DNA of 48,104 bases, from assembly GCA_040357565.1 (NCBI GenBank), contig JBDODJ010000079.1; one strand, given 5' to 3'. This stretch comes from Cercozoa sp. M6MM. Its lineage: Eukaryota; Protista; Endomyxa: Ascetosporea. A program made the position numbers and the translations under genes. Shown one piece after another: positions 45,101 through 48,104 of this stretch. The notes beneath the pieces are model-generated. The model made no database searches. It saw nothing but the letters and a program-made list of their open reading frames with translations, and was not told the DNA's origin. Within the stretch, counting starts at the first letter, position 1; every line of letters starts with the position of its first letter.

Positions 45101-48004
45101 TTCAACAGCGCATGTCGCAAGCTGGTCCAGAACTTTGGCAGGCACACAGAGACAATTCTGTGCATGCGTGGATGCACAGTGACACTGTCATGCTGACCTG
45201 TCCTTTCGAGTACTACCGACGCAACTGGCTGCGTCACATGCACGCCATGTCGGCCCTTCCATTTGATGAATCAAGTGACTCCAACAACCTCTCCTTCCTC
45301 ACTGAGTTGTCCACCCACACGCGTTGTGTTGCCACCTACCTTTCAAGAGCTCTGATCGAACGCTGCATTGTGCAGGTCAGCTATCCATCTTTTAAAAACT
45401 GAAAACAGTTTGGACTGTATGTGCAGAAAGCAGAAGTGACCCGCGACTGGTGTCTTCATATTGCCCGTTTCCGTATGTCAAAATGAACTACGACAAAGGG
45501 GAACTGTACGAGTTATAAGGGACTGCAGGTCGTGCGAGATCGCAGCAAGTCGCGCACGCTGCTGAAACTCAACGTTGCGCTAAAGAATTGTGGGGCACGC
45601 CTGTCGCGTGGTAGTCGGACCAAGCTTGCTGTATCAACTGCTTTCTGTGTTTCTGAGAGAATTTTCAGTTAATGCAATACCAGATAGATTGATATTTGTA
45701 CATTTAATTCCTTTCAGAACTCTATCGACATGGGAGTATCGAGATCAACGGCAACAAGGCATTACATGGCGGCACTGGACCAAGAGGATCGACCCTGGCA
45801 GTACGCAAACCTGGAGCACGCTTTGCGATGTGGCGTTCCAATGACTGCACTGAATATGGTATTATTTACTTAGAACTCGTCTGTAGCAGATGTCAAACAA
45901 GGGTTTTTCTTGTGTGGTCCCGATCAGATGCTGTCGGTGATGGAGCTGCACTGTGCTGAACTGTACAGAAAGAGCGTGATGTGCTCACCTCAGTCAATGT
46001 TGGATTGGTTCATGCAGCCACTGGCCATCTGTATGCCCCTGCGAGGTGCCTACAACTACCGACCGTTGGCATCGATAGAGCCGGCCTTGTTGTTGTGCTT
46101 CCTGGCATGGCAGCACCTGCACAACAACGACGTCGATCTGAGTGGCCTGCTGGCCTTGCCGATCACTCAGAAAAACAAACACATGTCCTTGTAACCTCTC
46201 ATAAGTGTGTAGCTGGACACCGATCTCCGAGAATGTGCGTGTGTTGTGTACAGTAAGTTCATGAAGTCTCTTCGGATTGCCAGGCAGCAGATGCCAGTGA
46301 TGCCGTTCGTTGGCATTCGTGCCGACTCGCGCTGTATTGTTTTGGTATCACACACGGCACTTCAACTGTTTCTGGGTGAGTTAAATATCATTTGAAACTG
46401 CGTTTGCAGTCCTCTGTGCTGGCGTCGCTGGTGCAAGGCATTCCTCTTGATAAGAGTCGCGATTCCTTGGACATTCACTTGGTACACTATTTCCTTGTTA
46501 CTTGTGCATACCAGTCGATACTGGTGCACTCAGGTGAAGCAGTGTATCACACCGTACTCGCGATTGAGCGAGACGGCCTGTCTGGATGTCAATTCGAATG
46601 GCGTCACTTCCGATGATGAGGCAGACAACGACGTCTGGGCACTCTTCTCGCTGGGCACACTACTGCGTGGTATGGTCCGAGAGGGTGCATTCTCCGCACT
46701 GACAAATGAGACACCTTCTGCTGAAGCCTTTGAAAAAAGTACCGATGTGCGTGTTTTCGATACTAAATTATATGTGTATTTATATACATACATTTATAAA
46801 CACGTATATATATATATATCTGTATAAACTTAATGGCACAAGTTTTTGCAGACCGTTCGGAGTTGCTGACGTGTTTCGACAGTTTCGGAAAGGCGGCGCA
46901 CTCATCGCTCGAACTGAAGCTGGACATTACCGGCATGCTGGTGTGCACGACTCAACGCTACCTACGGGACAAATGTCGACGCAGAGTGTTCTCCGATTTG
47001 GAGGTACTGTACTCCAGCAACCCTACATGTCGATTTATATTATAAATATATTTAGGTTAATATCAATATATATATATATAAATTTATATATTATTTATTA
47101 TTGAACTTGCTATATATATCTTTTAAACCCATATTTAATACAATCACAGTTACCTTCTGGTGTGACAGCAACTGGGACAACAAGCACGTACCTTCCAGGA
47201 GTTACTACGAAAGATGCATCCTCTGGTGGCACGTGCGTGTCTGCGAGTGGCCTTGTGTCACACGTGGACAGCTTTCATCTTGGCCTCTTTCAGCTGGGCA
47301 GCCTGCAGGCTCCTGCAAGATGATCGAGTCGCTGTCTTTTGGAAGTTACGCAGTGTAACAACAACTTTCTCCTGGGTGAATGTGGTTTAAACTGTGAGTT
47401 TTAAATGTAGGCCTCGTTGCGACTGTGCAAACTGATACGACGACTCACCATTCAGTGTCAACAGCGACTGCAGCAACAACGAGAGTGCAGCGAAAGCAGT
47501 GACTCTGACTCCGAAAGCAACGACTCTGAAAGCAGCAACAGCACCACTGAAAGCACCAATACCAGTACCGACAGTACTGATCTCAGTGACTCGGACATTG
47601 AGAGCAGTGAGACTGACAGTGTCACTGACAGTGACTCTCTGAGCACCGACAGTCAGTGCCCGAGTCGGCGCGCATCTTACTCAATTGGTCCATGTCCCAT
47701 CTGTCTCGAAGACCAATACACCGACCCTGTCACTCTCGTCGCCTGCTCACACGTACCGTAGCCATATCGGCTAGTGATATACAAGACATATATATCTATA
47801 TATATATAAATATGTATATATATATATATCTTTATAATTATTCCTAATTCTAAACTTATGTTTGATGTGCACTGGCAGGTCTTCTGTCGCGCCTGCATCG
47901 CAGAATGGGCCTCACGGGGGCGCATGCGGTGTCCCATGTGCAACGCTTCGTTGGAAGAAGGCGCGCGCGACTCGGACCACCAGCGACTTGCTTTACGTCT
48001 TTAA
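42102..48004 (+). CDS. Large multi-exon protein with a C-terminal C3HC4 RING finger (putative E3 ubiquitin ligase)
   Basis: The last two exons splice to CPICLEDQYTDPVTLVACSH|VFCRACIAEWASRGRMRCPMC; TAA at 48002-48004. A Ser/Asp-rich linker and many helical-looking exons extend back to ~42.1-42.9 kb. The 5' end, and whether this is one gene, are uncertain. Confidence 0.65.
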
Positions 48005-48033
48005 GTTAGTAGTTTGTACAATCTGAGCCAGTC

Positions 48034-48034
<1 letters not shown>

Positions 48035-48104
<70 letters not shown>
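48035..48104. repeat. (CA)n microsatellite running off the window end
   Basis: Seen directly. Confidence 0.97.

Overview
Compact, intron-rich eukaryotic genomic DNA, probably from a protist (taxon cannot be fixed from sequence alone). It uses the standard genetic code and mostly short (~45-110 nt) GT-AG introns, so the ORF track shows only exon fragments and shadow ORFs. All gene models were spliced by hand. Recognisable genes: HMG-box protein (5'-partial), FAD-dependent aromatic monooxygenase, OGG1, PIMT/PCMT-family methyltransferase, SLC45/SUT-like MFS sugar transporter, SLC25A42-like mitochondrial carrier, a ~15.5-kb USP9/24/34-like deubiquitinase, and a large protein with a C-terminal RING finger. 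Also present: several orphan genes (including an inverted duplicate pair of small mitochondrial-type membrane proteins and a secreted WSC-like Cys-rich protein) and a decayed Ty3/Gypsy fragment. The most striking signal is non-genic: CpG-centred palindromes (TCCGCGCGGA x13, TGATCGATCA x10, CACGTG many dozens) recur in introns and exons, and TCCGCGCGGA and CACGTG do so in all three reading frames, like cyanobacterial HIP1. A small shared lexicon of simple repeats also fills introns and invades exons, concentrated in the interior of the long gene. A hairpin plus purine-rich element recurs 3' of four genes.
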